Source: an uncultured Candidatus Saccharibacteria bacterium (GTDB lineage: Bacteria; Patescibacteriota; Saccharimonadia; CAILAD01; GCA-016700035). Taken from it: DNA of 64,000 bases. This document shows, one piece after another, positions 19,599-30,068 of this stretch (position 1 is the stretch's first letter; every line of letters begins with the position of its first letter). Location of the stretch: contig CAZOVH010000002.1 of the NCBI GenBank assembly GCA_964583675.1, positions 2,602 to 66,601 of the forward strand. The letters run 5' to 3'. A model generated the notes under the pieces. The model had not been told where the DNA came from, made no database searches, and worked only from the letters and a program-made list of their open reading frames with translations. A program made the translations under genes and the position numbers.

Positions 19599-20459
19599 AT
19601 GCAAGTAATACAACTCTCTAGCAAGAATTATCCTGCTGATCTCAAAGCTATCTACAGCCCACCTAAAAAGCTCCACATATATGGAGCACTTCCAGTCCAG
19701 CCGATGGTGGCGATTGTTGGCTCCAGAAAACCCACTTCCTATGGAGAGATGGTGGCGTATCGGATAGCTTCAGACCTCGCAAAAGCAGGCGTGTGTATCG
19801 TGAGCGGCTTAGCCTACGGCATTGATAGTATCGTGCATCAGGCGGCGCTCGAAGCTGGCGGTACAACAATTGCGGTGCTCGGATCTGGTATAGACAAACT
19901 CTATCCTGCAGCCCATAAGCCTTTAGCGCGGCAAATAGTTCGGGCGGGCGGCGCGATCATCACCGAATATCCCAACGGAACCCCACCACTCAAACATCAT
20001 TTTCCGGCACGCAATCGTATTATTGCCGGATTATCAGCAGCTACCGTGGTGCCTGAAGCGGATGCAAAATCTGGCTCACTCATTACTGCTCAACTAGCGC
20101 TGGAAGAAAATCGCGTAGTTTGCGCTGTGCCTGGCCCGATTACCAGCGCACGTTCGGCTGGCCCAAATAATCTCCTGAAGGCTGGAGCTGTTGCCACAAC
20201 CTCGGCGGCCGATGTCTGCTCGCTCCTTGGCATCGATGCCGATACAGGCATGCAAAAACATCCTTCTACTACAGAACTGAGTCAATATGCCAAAGACATC
20301 CTCACAGCCCTCCAGTCTGGTGCTGCCACCACAGAAGATTTAGCGGCTTCTACCAAAATTGCCGTTCCAGCTCTCTTGAGTACACTCACACTACTCGAAA
20401 TGCAAAACTATGTACGTAGTTCAAGCGGCAATTCTTGGATGAGTACGATTGAAATTTGA
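19599..20459 (+). CDS. dprA: DNA-processing protein DprA (start uncertain: 19542, 19571 or 19599)
   Basis: AIVGSR, VSGLAYGID, FPARNRIIAGLS, SGSLITA, C-terminal wHTH. Confidence 0.95.
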   Translation: MQVIQLSSKNYPADLKAIYSPPKKLHIYGALPVQPMVAIVGSRKPTSYGEMVAYRIASDLAKAGVCIVSGLAYGIDSIVHQAALEAGGTTIAVLGSGIDKLYPAAHKPLARQIVRAGGAIITEYPNGTPPLKHHFPARNRIIAGLSAATVVPEADAKSGSLITAQLALEENRVVCAVPGPITSARSAGPNNLLKAGAVATTSAADVCSLLGIDADTGMQKHPSTTELSQYAKDILTALQSGAATTEDLAASTKIAVPALLSTLTLLEMQNYVRSSSGNSWMSTIEI

Positions 20460-20520
20460 CAAGCCCAAGCTTCGCCCCGTACAATCGGCGAGCTACGTAC
20501 TACAAACGTAACTATTTTTT

Positions 20521-22503
20521 ATGGCCAAATCTTCAAGCAAAAAAACCGTCCTTATAGTAGAAAGCCCTGCAAAGGGTAAGACAATTGAGTCTTACCTCGG
20601 CAAGGGCTATAAAGTCGTGGCCAGCTACGGCCATGTCCGTGACCTGCCCAAATCTAAGCTTGGAATTGATGTAGAAAACGACTTTGAGCCACAATATATG
20701 GTTCCACGCGGCAGCGCATCTCGCATTAAAACGCTGAAGAACGCCACTAAGGATGCTGACACAATCTTACTCGCAACCGACCTTGACCGCGAAGGAGAAG
20801 CCATTGCTTGGCACTTAGCCGCTATCTTGGAGCCCACCGAAAAACAAGAGATGAAGCGCATTACGTTTTCCGAAATTACCAAACCCGCATTAGAAGACGC
20901 AGTGGCACATCCGCGCGACATCAATCAAAACCTTGTAGACGCCCAGCAGGCCAGGCGCGTACTCGATAGACTCGTAGGCTATTCACTCTCACCAGTACTC
21001 TGGAAAAAAGTCCGCTACGGACTCTCGGCAGGACGCGTACAGAGCGTAGCGCTTAAATTTATTACCGACCGTGAAAAAGAAATCGAAGCCTTTAAAACTG
21101 AAGAATATTGGAGTATTTCGGCTCAGTTCAAAGCTCAAAAAGGTGAATTCAGCGCCAACTTAATCAGCGTCGCCGGCGATAAGATCGCTCTAGACAACTC
21201 AAAAGATACTGAGGCAATCGTCACCAGTCTAAAAACCGACGACTACACCGTACTCGACGTAGAAAAGAAGCCTCTTCGACGTACGCCGCCAGCACCATTT
21301 ACTACCAGTACTCTCCAGCAAGATGCCTATCGCCGGCTTGGTTTTGGCGCTCGCCGTACCATGCGCGCTGCACAAAGCCTCTACGAAGCCGGTCTTATCT
21401 CTTATATGCGTACCGACTCGGTAACGCTTTCTGAGCAAGCCTTGGTAGCAATTTCTACCTACATCACAGGCGAGCTCGGTAAAGAGTACGGCCTCGCAAA
21501 GCCACGTGTACACAAAACTAAATCTCGGGGTGCACAGGAAGCACACGAAGCCATCCGCCCAACCAATCCCGAGCGCGCACCACATACCATTCAAGATATA
21601 GGTGGCGATGAGGCAAAACTGTATAACTTAATTTGGCAGCGCACATTAGCCTCCCAGATGGCAGTAGCTGAATTTGAGCAGACCAAAATCAATATTCAAG
21701 CCCAAAAAACTGATGCGCTACTACGTGCCAGTGGGCGAGTCCTCGTATTTGACGGTTTCACAAAGGTATACCCGCCACAGAGCAAGGAAGAAGCACCACT
21801 TTTGCCGGATGTCGCGGCCAAAGAAAATCTCACTCTTATTGATGTCGCCGGTGAACAACACTTTACTCAACCGCCAGCTCGCTATAGTGAAGCTACCCTG
21901 GTGAAAAAACTCGAAGAGGCCGGCATTGGTCGCCCAAGTACCTATGCGCCAACAATTGCCACTATCATTTCGCGTGGCTATGTATTAAACGAAGATAAGC
22001 GCCTAGTTCCACAGCCAGTAGGTATGGTTGTTTCTGATTTGCTCGCCGAAAACTTCGATTTTGTTACCGAGCCAGAATTTACGGCTGAGATGGAAGACAA
22101 GCTCGATGAAGTGGCTGCCGGAAAGCAAACCTGGAAGCCGGTTATCCGTGATTATTACGAACCAATGCATAAACTCATTGAAGAAAAAGAGCAATCCATT
22201 AAAAAAGTCGAATTGCCAGTTATTGAAACCGATGAGAAATGCGAATTATGTGGCAAGACAATGGTCATTAAATCTGGTCGTTTCGGTCAATTCCTAGCTT
22301 GTTCTGGATGGCCAGACTGTAAAAATGCCAAGCCTATCCTCAAGAAAACTGGCGTTGAATGCCCTCAGTGTAAGGAAGGGGAGGTAGTAGAACGTAAAAC
22401 GAAAAAAGGTCGTCGTTTCTGGGGCTGCTCTAGATACCCTGATTGCGACTACGCAACCTGGACGAAACCAAAAAATCCTGACGCCGAAGAGGCTAGTGAC
22501 TAG
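20521..22503 (+). CDS. topA: type IA DNA topoisomerase I
   Basis: IVESPAK, ATDLDREGEAI, SAGRVQS, SYMRTDS, two C-terminal Zn ribbons. Confidence 0.97.
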   Translation: MAKSSSKKTVLIVESPAKGKTIESYLGKGYKVVASYGHVRDLPKSKLGIDVENDFEPQYMVPRGSASRIKTLKNATKDADTILLATDLDREGEAIAWHLAAILEPTEKQEMKRITFSEITKPALEDAVAHPRDINQNLVDAQQARRVLDRLVGYSLSPVLWKKVRYGLSAGRVQSVALKFITDREKEIEAFKTEEYWSISAQFKAQKGEFSANLISVAGDKIALDNSKDTEAIVTSLKTDDYTVLDVEKKPLRRTPPAPFTTSTLQQDAYRRLGFGARRTMRAAQSLYEAGLISYMRTDSVTLSEQALVAISTYITGELGKEYGLAKPRVHKTKSRGAQEAHEAIRPTNPERAPHTIQDIGGDEAKLYNLIWQRTLASQMAVAEFEQTKINIQAQKTDALLRASGRVLVFDGFTKVYPPQSKEEAPLLPDVAAKENLTLIDVAGEQHFTQPPARYSEATLVKKLEEAGIGRPSTYAPTIATIISRGYVLNEDKRLVPQPVGMVVSDLLAENFDFVTEPEFTAEMEDKLDEVAAGKQTWKPVIRDYYEPMHKLIEEKEQSIKKVELPVIETDEKCELCGKTMVIKSGRFGQFLACSGWPDCKNAKPILKKTGVECPQCKEGEVVERKTKKGRRFWGCSRYPDCDYATWTKPKNPDAEEASD

Positions 22504-22557
22504 CCCTTCTTTAACACAAGCTTTTTGACGAATCTCCAAAAAAGTCCTCTAGTTTTA

Positions 22558-22586
22558 TTGACCTATCTAACTTGCGATGATATAAT
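22558..22586 (+). promoter_or_regulatory. sigma70-type promoter
   Basis: TTGACC-17 nt-TATAAT. Confidence 0.75.
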
Positions 22587-22630
22587 ATCTTCCAAGACCA
22601 ATACTTATAGGTTTAAAGAGGGTGAGGAAT

Positions 22631-23728
22631 ATGTCTACTCAAGCTATGACGAAAACTACTACTATTGATGTTCGCCCTCTCGTCGAATCGTTGATCGACG
22701 AGAGTTTGCGTGTACTCAAAAAAGATCGCGATCGCGAAGTTGTGGCCAAGCGCCACGGCCTTAAAACCTACCAACCCCACACTCTGGAGCAAATCGGTAG
22801 TGAGCTTGGCATTACCCGCGAACGCGTTCGCCAGATTGAAAAAGCTGCTTTTCAGAAGATTCGCGAACAAGGTCTCACTGAAAGCGAGCTCCACACCGCT
22901 ATGCTCGACTCAATTCAGGAGACCGGCGGTATCATCCAGCTTGACCGTCTTTTGAGTGCGCTCGAGCTTGATACTAACGAGCGCCCCAATGTCACTTACC
23001 TGGTGCGAATTATGCCGGACCTCGAACTAGTTGAGCAGAACGAAGAGCTGTCACCAGTCGTATCACTCGCTGATCCATACAGCCGCCAAACTGTTATCCA
23101 GCTCCACAGTCAGCTACACGATGCTACCAAGTCTCATGGCAAGCCTGTAAAGTTTGATAAAATCGCTGGCGCCATCGATGGACCACATGCTCGCACCGCG
23201 CTCGAAGAGCTGGCAGTTGCCTCGAAGCTCGTAACCGATCTTGATGGTCATTGGGGCTTGGCTGTGTGGCCAGAGGTAAACCCTCGCAGTATTCGCGATA
23301 AAACCTATCTGGTACTCAAAAAAGCTGGTCGGCCAATGCACTTCACTGAAATTGCCGATAAAATCTCTAAACTCGATGCCAACCCAAAGCAGGTAACCAC
23401 TCAAGCTGTCCACAACGAGCTTATTAAAGACGCCCGTTTTGTGCTGATTGGCCGCGGTATTTACGCTCTCGCCGAATGGGGTTACCAGGCCGGAACTGTT
23501 TCAGATATTATTGAGCAAATCTTGCGTGAAGAAAGCCCACTCACACGTGAAGAAATTATTAAGCGCGTATTAGCTCGTCGTCAGGTAAAAGTTGCCACAA
23601 TTGCCTTAAACCTCCAGGAAAAGCCGCAGTTTGAACGCGTAGGCAAGGGCCTCTATAAGCTGCAGGATGGCTATGTTGCTGAACCACGCAAACGTCGCGG
23701 TCGACCACGCAACAACGCTACTGCGTAA
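22631..23728 (+). CDS. sigma70 region-4 HTH plus HARE-HTH (RNAP delta-like) domain protein
   Basis: TLEQIGSELGITRERVRQIE; PMHFTEIA..VHNELIKDARFVLIGRGIYAL; basic KRRGRPR tail. Confidence 0.85.
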   Translation: MSTQAMTKTTTIDVRPLVESLIDESLRVLKKDRDREVVAKRHGLKTYQPHTLEQIGSELGITRERVRQIEKAAFQKIREQGLTESELHTAMLDSIQETGGIIQLDRLLSALELDTNERPNVTYLVRIMPDLELVEQNEELSPVVSLADPYSRQTVIQLHSQLHDATKSHGKPVKFDKIAGAIDGPHARTALEELAVASKLVTDLDGHWGLAVWPEVNPRSIRDKTYLVLKKAGRPMHFTEIADKISKLDANPKQVTTQAVHNELIKDARFVLIGRGIYALAEWGYQAGTVSDIIEQILREESPLTREEIIKRVLARRQVKVATIALNLQEKPQFERVGKGLYKLQDGYVAEPRKRRGRPRNNATA

Positions 23729-23792
23729 CACTATAAAACACCGAGAGAAAGAGCGTACTGCATATAAAGTGCGGTACAATAGAACCTAATCC

Positions 23793-26465
23793 ATGGAAGC
23801 ATTATTTTCAGTAATTGGCGCCGTTTTTTCGATAATCGGCATAGCATTGTTTCAGTACTGGGGCTGGACGCTTATTGCTGCATATCTCATTTGGCAAATC
23901 TGGCAAAATAAGCGCAAAGTCGCCTATGTAGAGACTACTGAGCACACTATGCTCCAGATTATCGTACCGAAAAATAACGATAAAAAAGAACTTTCCGCCG
24001 AGCAACTTTTTGCCAGTCTTCATGGTATCTTACGGCCAAAATCGGAGATTGAAAAAGAAGGCTCAATTCAAGAACACATTAGTTTTGAGATTGTCTCTGA
24101 GCAGAATGTTATCAATTTTTATGTATGGGTACCGGTCCATCTTAAGGACTACGTCGAAAGCCAAGTGTACGCTCAGTACCCGACAGTCCAAATCTTGGCC
24201 GATGCCGAAGACTACGCCAAGCGAGATATTGGCGATCAGCTGAGCGTTATTGGCGAAATCACCACCACCAAAGACTTTATTTTTCCGATTAAGACCTTCA
24301 CCACGTTCGAAGTCGACCCGCTAGCCGGCATAACAACCGTTCTTGCCACCCTAAACCCAAATGAACAAATCTGGGTTCAGTACCTCATGCGCCCGGTTGA
24401 CGACTCCTGGCACGCCCGCAGTCTCTCGTATGTCTCAGAGCTGAAAAACGGCAAGAAGAAGGGGCTCCTCGACGGCTGGGAACAAAAACTCTTCTTGCTT
24501 CCGCTGGAAGCCATCCTATACTTCATTCAGGCTCTGGTTAATCCTCCGCAACCAAAAGAAAAGAAGGACGAACCAAAAAAGGAGCTGTCGCCAGGGCAAA
24601 CGACTGTCGCTTCGGCTATCGAGACCAAAGCTGAAAAAATTGGCTACGAAGTAAAAATTCGCGTTGCCTATGTAGGTGACTCTGCAGACCTCGCCAAGCA
24701 ACGCATGCAGGCACTCTATGGTGGCTTCAAGCAATTCAACACTATTAACCTGAATGGTTTAAACGGCGGGGGATACGACACTACTCCTGAAGGCCTTCAA
24801 GAATATCGTGCGCGCTACTTTGAGGGCGGCGGTTTTATCTTAAATGTAGAAGAACTCGCCAGCCTGTATCACTTGCCACATACCAGTGTTGAAACGCCTA
24901 ATATTGCCTGGACCACTACCAAAGTAGGGGAGCCGCCAACCAACCTCCCAACCCTGGCAAATACACCGCAAGAGGCGCTCTCACTCATCGGCACTACCAC
25001 ATTTAGACAAACTAACGTAAAGTTTGGCATTAAACGTGACGACCGCAAGCGCCACCTCTACGTTATTGGTAAATCCGGCTCTGGTAAAAGTTTTGCGCTC
25101 CTCCTTTTAACGCTATCAGACATCTACCATAATCAGGGCTTTGCTATTGTAGACCCTCACGGTGACTTCGCTCAGGATGCGCTGAAATATATTCCAGCGC
25201 ACCGCCACCAGGATGTAGTCTACTTCAACCCGTCTGACTTCGAGAACCCGATTGCTTTCAATCCAATGGAGAACGCCGACCCAAACATGCGCGCCTCAAT
25301 TGCCTCAGAAATTATTGGCGTATTAAAAAAGATGTTTGCCGAGTCCTGGGGCCCTCGCTTAGAACATATTTTACGTTTTACGCTACTAGCACTCCTTGAG
25401 ACACCAGATGCCAACCTGATGGGCATTACTAGAATGCTCACAGATAAAAACTTCCGTAAGAAAGTCGTTGATCAGCTCACCGACGTCACCGTAAAATCCT
25501 TCTGGGTAAATGAATTTGCAAGCTGGAATGACAAGTTTGCCACCGAAGCTGTGGCGCCAATTCTCAATAAGGTAGGGGCTTTTACGGCCAACCCGTTGGT
25601 ACGAAACGTAATTGGGCAAAAGCAATCTAGCTTCGATATCCGCCAAATTATGGACGAAGGGAAGATTCTTATTTGCGACCTCTCACGCGGTCGACTCGGA
25701 GAAGATAACGCCGCCACGCTTGGAGCTCTTTTGATTACTAAAATCCAGCTAGCTGCAATGAGTCGTGCTAATATACCCCTCGATCAACGTCGTCCATTCT
25801 ACCTATACGTCGACGAATTCCAAAACTTTGCTACCGACTCATTTGCCGTAATTCTCTCCGAAGCCCGTAAGTATGGACTCTACCTCACCGTTGCCAACCA
25901 ATACGTAGCCCAGATGCAACAAGAAGTACGTGATGCTGTCTTTGGTAACGTCGGCTCTATGATTACCTTTAGGGTAGGGGCGGACGATGCCACTGCACTT
26001 GCGCGCTACTTTGAGCCAATTTTTGAGCCAAATGACCTCACTAATTTGTCTCTCCAAAACATTTACGTCACCATGTCCATTGATGGGGAAACAAGCATAC
26101 CATTCTCTGCTAAGACCCTCCGTGTACCGGATCCAGAAGCTGATAATGCTCGAACTATCATTGAGCTCTCTAGAAAGCGCTTTAACAGCAACAGGGAAGA
26201 GGTGGAGCAAGTAATCGCCGAATGGAATAACATGGCTGAAAAACCAGAAGATAAGCAGGGAAGACACTCAACTGAAAACATCCCGACACCCGGGGAAGCC
26301 AGCCCCCAGGCAGCTCACGTACAAAACCGCCCTACTCCTGCGGTGGCTGGAGCGCAGCCCAAGAACTACTCCGAGTTGATGCGCCAGAACTCTTCAGGTC
26401 AAAAAACCCATAGTGACCGCAAGCCGTCCGGATCGAATTCGAATCGCAAACGTAAACGTCGTTAA
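23793..26465 (+). CDS. VirD4/TraG/HerA-like membrane P-loop ATPase (CPR type IV secretion-like DNA transfer family)
   Basis: N-terminal TM, HLYVIGKSGSGKS, VDPHGD, LYVDEFQNF, SEARKY, ANQY. Confidence 0.88.
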   Translation: MEALFSVIGAVFSIIGIALFQYWGWTLIAAYLIWQIWQNKRKVAYVETTEHTMLQIIVPKNNDKKELSAEQLFASLHGILRPKSEIEKEGSIQEHISFEIVSEQNVINFYVWVPVHLKDYVESQVYAQYPTVQILADAEDYAKRDIGDQLSVIGEITTTKDFIFPIKTFTTFEVDPLAGITTVLATLNPNEQIWVQYLMRPVDDSWHARSLSYVSELKNGKKKGLLDGWEQKLFLLPLEAILYFIQALVNPPQPKEKKDEPKKELSPGQTTVASAIETKAEKIGYEVKIRVAYVGDSADLAKQRMQALYGGFKQFNTINLNGLNGGGYDTTPEGLQEYRARYFEGGGFILNVEELASLYHLPHTSVETPNIAWTTTKVGEPPTNLPTLANTPQEALSLIGTTTFRQTNVKFGIKRDDRKRHLYVIGKSGSGKSFALLLLTLSDIYHNQGFAIVDPHGDFAQDALKYIPAHRHQDVVYFNPSDFENPIAFNPMENADPNMRASIASEIIGVLKKMFAESWGPRLEHILRFTLLALLETPDANLMGITRMLTDKNFRKKVVDQLTDVTVKSFWVNEFASWNDKFATEAVAPILNKVGAFTANPLVRNVIGQKQSSFDIRQIMDEGKILICDLSRGRLGEDNAATLGALLITKIQLAAMSRANIPLDQRRPFYLYVDEFQNFATDSFAVILSEARKYGLYLTVANQYVAQMQQEVRDAVFGNVGSMITFRVGADDATALARYFEPIFEPNDLTNLSLQNIYVTMSIDGETSIPFSAKTLRVPDPEADNARTIIELSRKRFNSNREEVEQVIAEWNNMAEKPEDKQGRHSTENIPTPGEASPQAAHVQNRPTPAVAGAQPKNYSELMRQNSSGQKTHSDRKPSGSNSNRKRKRR

Positions 26466-26595
26466 ATACAAAAAACCGCACGATAAAACGCATTTAACCC
26501 AGTCATCTACGCGCCGCTCAGAACGAATGGAGTAATAGCAAGCCAAAGTAGCATAACAAAGATGAACAAGTATACGTCTTTGTTTATTAAAAGCT

Positions 26596-26623
26596 ATGTC
26601 GCACAATGTATATTTTGCGTCGT
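26596..26623. other. dif-like 11-6-11 site
   Basis: ATGTCGCACAA-TGTATA-TTTTGCGTCGT: imperfect inverted arms around the same hexamer as E. coli dif. Confidence 0.55.
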
Positions 26624-26908
26624 AAACCCAGTTTTGTTTTTTGGCGGCTAACATAGGTACTTACACGTCTTATAAGGCCTTCATTGCCGATTCTATGCAC
26701 TAAGCCAACAATAAGATCCACCACCAAACTATCTGACACTAACTCATGATGTACACAGCAAAAATACATATTAAACGGAACATTATAATGCTTAAAGCCT
26801 AGCCTCAAATAGCAAAACAATCAACAGGCTAAGCACTAGAGCACCCTGAGCAAGTCCAACCACCAAAATTAGTTATTGATACTTTGCTCATGTGTTTTTT
26901 ATGTCGCA

Positions 26909-26940
26909 AATCCTGTGAAACAAAAAAGTTTCACAGGATT
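26909..26940 (-). terminator. terminator-like hairpin after ftsQ
   Basis: AATCCTGTGAAAC-N6-GTTTCACAGGATT perfect 13-bp stem. Confidence 0.7.
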
Positions 26941-26945
26941 GACTT

Positions 26946-27767
26946 TTATTTATAATATGTCCTGCCTACTACTCGCACATCAACGTACTCGCGGATCGTC
27001 TTCCCTTCTTTCTTAGCTGTCTCGATTGTTTTCAGATAAGCTTCCATCTGCTCCCCCGCCCCACGCTCTACGGCCATTTTAATAACTACGCCGCCCTGCA
27101 CAGCAACCAAAATTTCTCGAGTAGTATCTCCTATAGAAACCTGCTCGATTGCCACACCTTTTTCCTCAGCAGCTCGATAAATGCCACGAGTAAAGCCAAC
27201 AAAGTTCTGGTCTGCCACTCTATCGCCAACGCCTACATCTAATTGTGCGGTATCAATTACTCGCCCAAAACTCACGTCCCCCTCCTCTGCCTCTCGCAAT
27301 ACTCGCCCATCCTCACCAATCAACCAGGCTTTTGACCCACTTTGCCAGATGAGCGCCGGCTGGCTCTCGGTAATTACCACATTTACGCCAAGAAACAATG
27401 TTCGGTTTATGTTCACTTTTTGTAAAGTGGGGTGTTGTTGCTGAATATAAGTAGCTAGTTCTCGGGGCTGCAAAAATAGCACATTGCGCTGAGTTGGAAA
27501 GCGCTCTAAATAATCCTTAACATCACTCGCCACAGTATCTTGAGTAAGTGAATGCTTGCCCTGCAATGTAATACTCCGCATATTCAACCAGCCAGAAAAG
27601 AATACGACCCAGGCCAACGCCACGGCCAGTAGTGCCAATCCAGCACGTTTCATATACGTGCGCCACTGAAACGGCTGCTTTGGGGCTTCGTCGGCTGCAG
27701 GAGCGCATACTACTTGCCGAGCACCACGATGCACCTGCCTTTCTTTCTGGGTGGTTTCTTCGTTCAC
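26946..27767 (-). CDS. ftsQ: cell division protein FtsQ/DivIB
   Basis: Single TM, POTRA-like region, C-terminal YVDVR..GRTYYK; last gene of dcw cluster. Confidence 0.85.
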   Translation of the reverse strand: MNEETTQKERQVHRGARQVVCAPAADEAPKQPFQWRTYMKRAGLALLAVALAWVVFFSGWLNMRSITLQGKHSLTQDTVASDVKDYLERFPTQRNVLFLQPRELATYIQQQHPTLQKVNINRTLFLGVNVVITESQPALIWQSGSKAWLIGEDGRVLREAEEGDVSFGRVIDTAQLDVGVGDRVADQNFVGFTRGIYRAAEEKGVAIEQVSIGDTTREILVAVQGGVVIKMAVERGAGEQMEAYLKTIETAKKEGKTIREYVDVRVVGRTYYK

Positions 27768-28909
27768 GACGCTTCCCCTAAACTTATTACGAGTTCCGCC
27801 AAACGATCAGCAGCATCGACCTGGGCTAGCCGATGAAGTGCAGCTCCCAAATATCTGCGATCGGAATCTGATTCCGCCAGTCTATCAATAGCTGCGCGCA
27901 ACGCCAGTGGGGTGAGTGTATTTTGCTCTAAAATTCGAGCCGCACCACGTTGTAATAAAAATCTAGCGTTATGTAGTTGATGGTTGTTGGCAGATGTCGG
28001 CAGCGGTATGAGCAATGCTGCTTTTTTTAAGGCAGCTAGCTCGGCCAATACATTTGCCCCGCATCGAGTAATGACGATATCTGCAAGTGCATAGGCATCT
28101 GCCAGTTCAGACTGGAAGAAAGCCTGAGGTACGTAGCAGTCGCGGCGGTCCTTTACCAATCGCTGGCGTCGGAACATCGCTGCATCAATATCTTTTTCTC
28201 CAGTTTGGTGCAATATATTATAGCTTTCCACTAAGCTAGGCAGCGCCTCAAATAGCGCCTCATTGATGGCGTGAGCACCTTGCGAACCACCAATGAACAG
28301 CAGAGTTGGGCGGTCGCCCATAAACCCAAAATGTCGCAGACCGCGCGTTCGGTCTCCACGCAGAAGCTCTTGCCTAATTGGATTGCCAGTGGGCACGAAC
28401 TGAGCTTTGGTTTTAACGTTTTGGAAGTGGTCCACCGGAAAACCAGTGGCTACAATACGCGCACTCGGAGCGAGTAAACGATTGGTGAGCCCCATCATCG
28501 TATCCGATTCGTGGATGATCAGGGGTAGCTTAAGCCTGCGTGCGGCCATACCTACTGGTAGCCCAACATATCCGCCTTTCACAAATACCACATCCGGCTG
28601 CAGTTCCCGAAGTATTTTGCGAGCATCAGATAACCCGCGAGAAAAACGCCAGGCATCCCGAGTATTAGCCGTAATGGTCCGAATATCAAAAAACTCACCA
28701 GCACCACGGCCATAGCGACGTAGTTTACCGCTACGCACGGCGTGATAGCGCAAACCATTCTCTTCTACGAGCCTTCGCTCCATCTCCGAGCCAGAGCCAA
28801 TAAAATCTATGGTTACGGCCTTCTCAGAATGACTTCTGAGTGCCGCGCACAGGGCCAAAACCGGTGTGACGTGACCGGCGGTCCCGCCGCCCGATACGAC
28901 TATCCGCAT
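27764..28909 (-). CDS. murG: undecaprenyl-PP-MurNAc-pentapeptide GlcNAc transferase
   Basis: GGGTAGH, KGGYV, HESD, TGNPIR, GGSQGA, HQLHNA. Confidence 0.95.
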   Translation of the reverse strand: MRIVVSGGGTAGHVTPVLALCAALRSHSEKAVTIDFIGSGSEMERRLVEENGLRYHAVRSGKLRRYGRGAGEFFDIRTITANTRDAWRFSRGLSDARKILRELQPDVVFVKGGYVGLPVGMAARRLKLPLIIHESDTMMGLTNRLLAPSARIVATGFPVDHFQNVKTKAQFVPTGNPIRQELLRGDRTRGLRHFGFMGDRPTLLFIGGSQGAHAINEALFEALPSLVESYNILHQTGEKDIDAAMFRRQRLVKDRRDCYVPQAFFQSELADAYALADIVITRCGANVLAELAALKKAALLIPLPTSANNHQLHNARFLLQRGAARILEQNTLTPLALRAAIDRLAESDSDRRYLGAALHRLAQVDAADRLAELVISLGEAS

Positions 28910-30068
28910 AGGACTGCTCCCTTTCTGTATAGCGTGAAATATTCTGCAAAATCCCGACTCCAACCATGGTAGCCAGGAGACTTGTGCCTCCATAGCTAAT
29001 AAACGGGAGCGGGATACCGGTAAGTGGAATAATGCTGAGCATAGCTGAGATATTTACAAAAGCCTGCGTGAGAAGCCATACCGTTATGCCAACCGCGACC
29101 ATACGGCTGAATCGATCGGGGGCCATTTTTGCGATCCTAAAACCACGCCAACCCAACAAGCCGAAAATCACCACGACTCCCGTGGTACCCCACATACCAA
29201 ACTGCTCGCCAATAATGGCATACACCGAGTCGTTAGTAGCCTCCGGTAAATACCCGTACGACTGCAAGCTATTACCCAGCCCACGACCAATTAAGCCGCC
29301 ACTACCGAGAGCAATCAGAGCCTGATTGATGTGATAATCAGCGCCCGTAACATCGTCTTTGTGATTTAAAAAAGTCGCCAAGCGCGCCAAGCGATACGGG
29401 AACATCACAATAGTTAAGACAGCGGCGCTCAACACTGCCCCTACCCCAGCTCCAAAGATCCACAAGGGTGCATCAGAAACCAACAAAACCGAAAGCGCGA
29501 TACTCATAAGTACAATACCGGTACCGAGGTCTCGCTGGAGAACAACCACCAGAATCATGGTGACAGCCAAAACAGCTAGAAATGGTAACAGGCCTTTAGC
29601 TACGGACCGCAGACTATCTCGCCGATCTTCTAGCCAGGCTGCGAGATAGAGTACGAGTGAGAGCTTAAGAAACTCAGCTGGTTGAAAACTAAATGAGCCC
29701 AGCTTAATCCAGCGACTGGCACCATTCACGTTAAGCGATAAGCCCGGCACGAATACTAAAAGCATCATCACAAACGAGACAATCAGCATTGGTAGCGCCC
29801 ATTTGCGCCAGTGGCTATAATGCACGCGCGAAGCAATCACCCAGCCAACCACGCCAATGCCGACACTTATTAACTGTTTTTGAAAGAAAGAGTTACGATC
29901 ACTCGCTCCGCCGGTGATGTTAAAGTTTACAATTGAGCCCGTGGAGTAGATTACGATCATCCCGATGCCGATAAGCGCCAACACCAGCAATCCCAAAAGA
30001 TAGTCTGGCCGGTGATGCGGCCGCTCGCGTACTTCTTCAATAAGTCTTGCGACTTTAACCACGCGCAA
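28824..30068 (-). CDS. ftsW: SEDS peptidoglycan polymerase FtsW
   Basis: GASRWI, FQPAEFLK, YLPEATND, PLTGIPLPFISYGGTS. Confidence 0.95.
   Translation of the reverse strand: MRVVKVARLIEEVRERPHHRPDYLLGLLVLALIGIGMIVIYSTGSIVNFNITGGASDRNSFFQKQLISVGIGVVGWVIASRVHYSHWRKWALPMLIVSFVMMLLVFVPGLSLNVNGASRWIKLGSFSFQPAEFLKLSLVLYLAAWLEDRRDSLRSVAKGLLPFLAVLAVTMILVVVLQRDLGTGIVLMSIALSVLLVSDAPLWIFGAGVGAVLSAAVLTIVMFPYRLARLATFLNHKDDVTGADYHINQALIALGSGGLIGRGLGNSLQSYGYLPEATNDSVYAIIGEQFGMWGTTGVVVIFGLLGWRGFRIAKMAPDRFSRMVAVGITVWLLTQAFVNISAMLSIIPLTGIPLPFISYGGTSLLATMVGVGILQNISRYTEREQSYADSRIGRRDRRSRHTGFGPVRGTQKSF

Noticed and set aside
26914-26935. CRP site TGTGA...TCACA
   Set aside because: The spacer is 12 nt rather than 6; better explained as a terminator stem.
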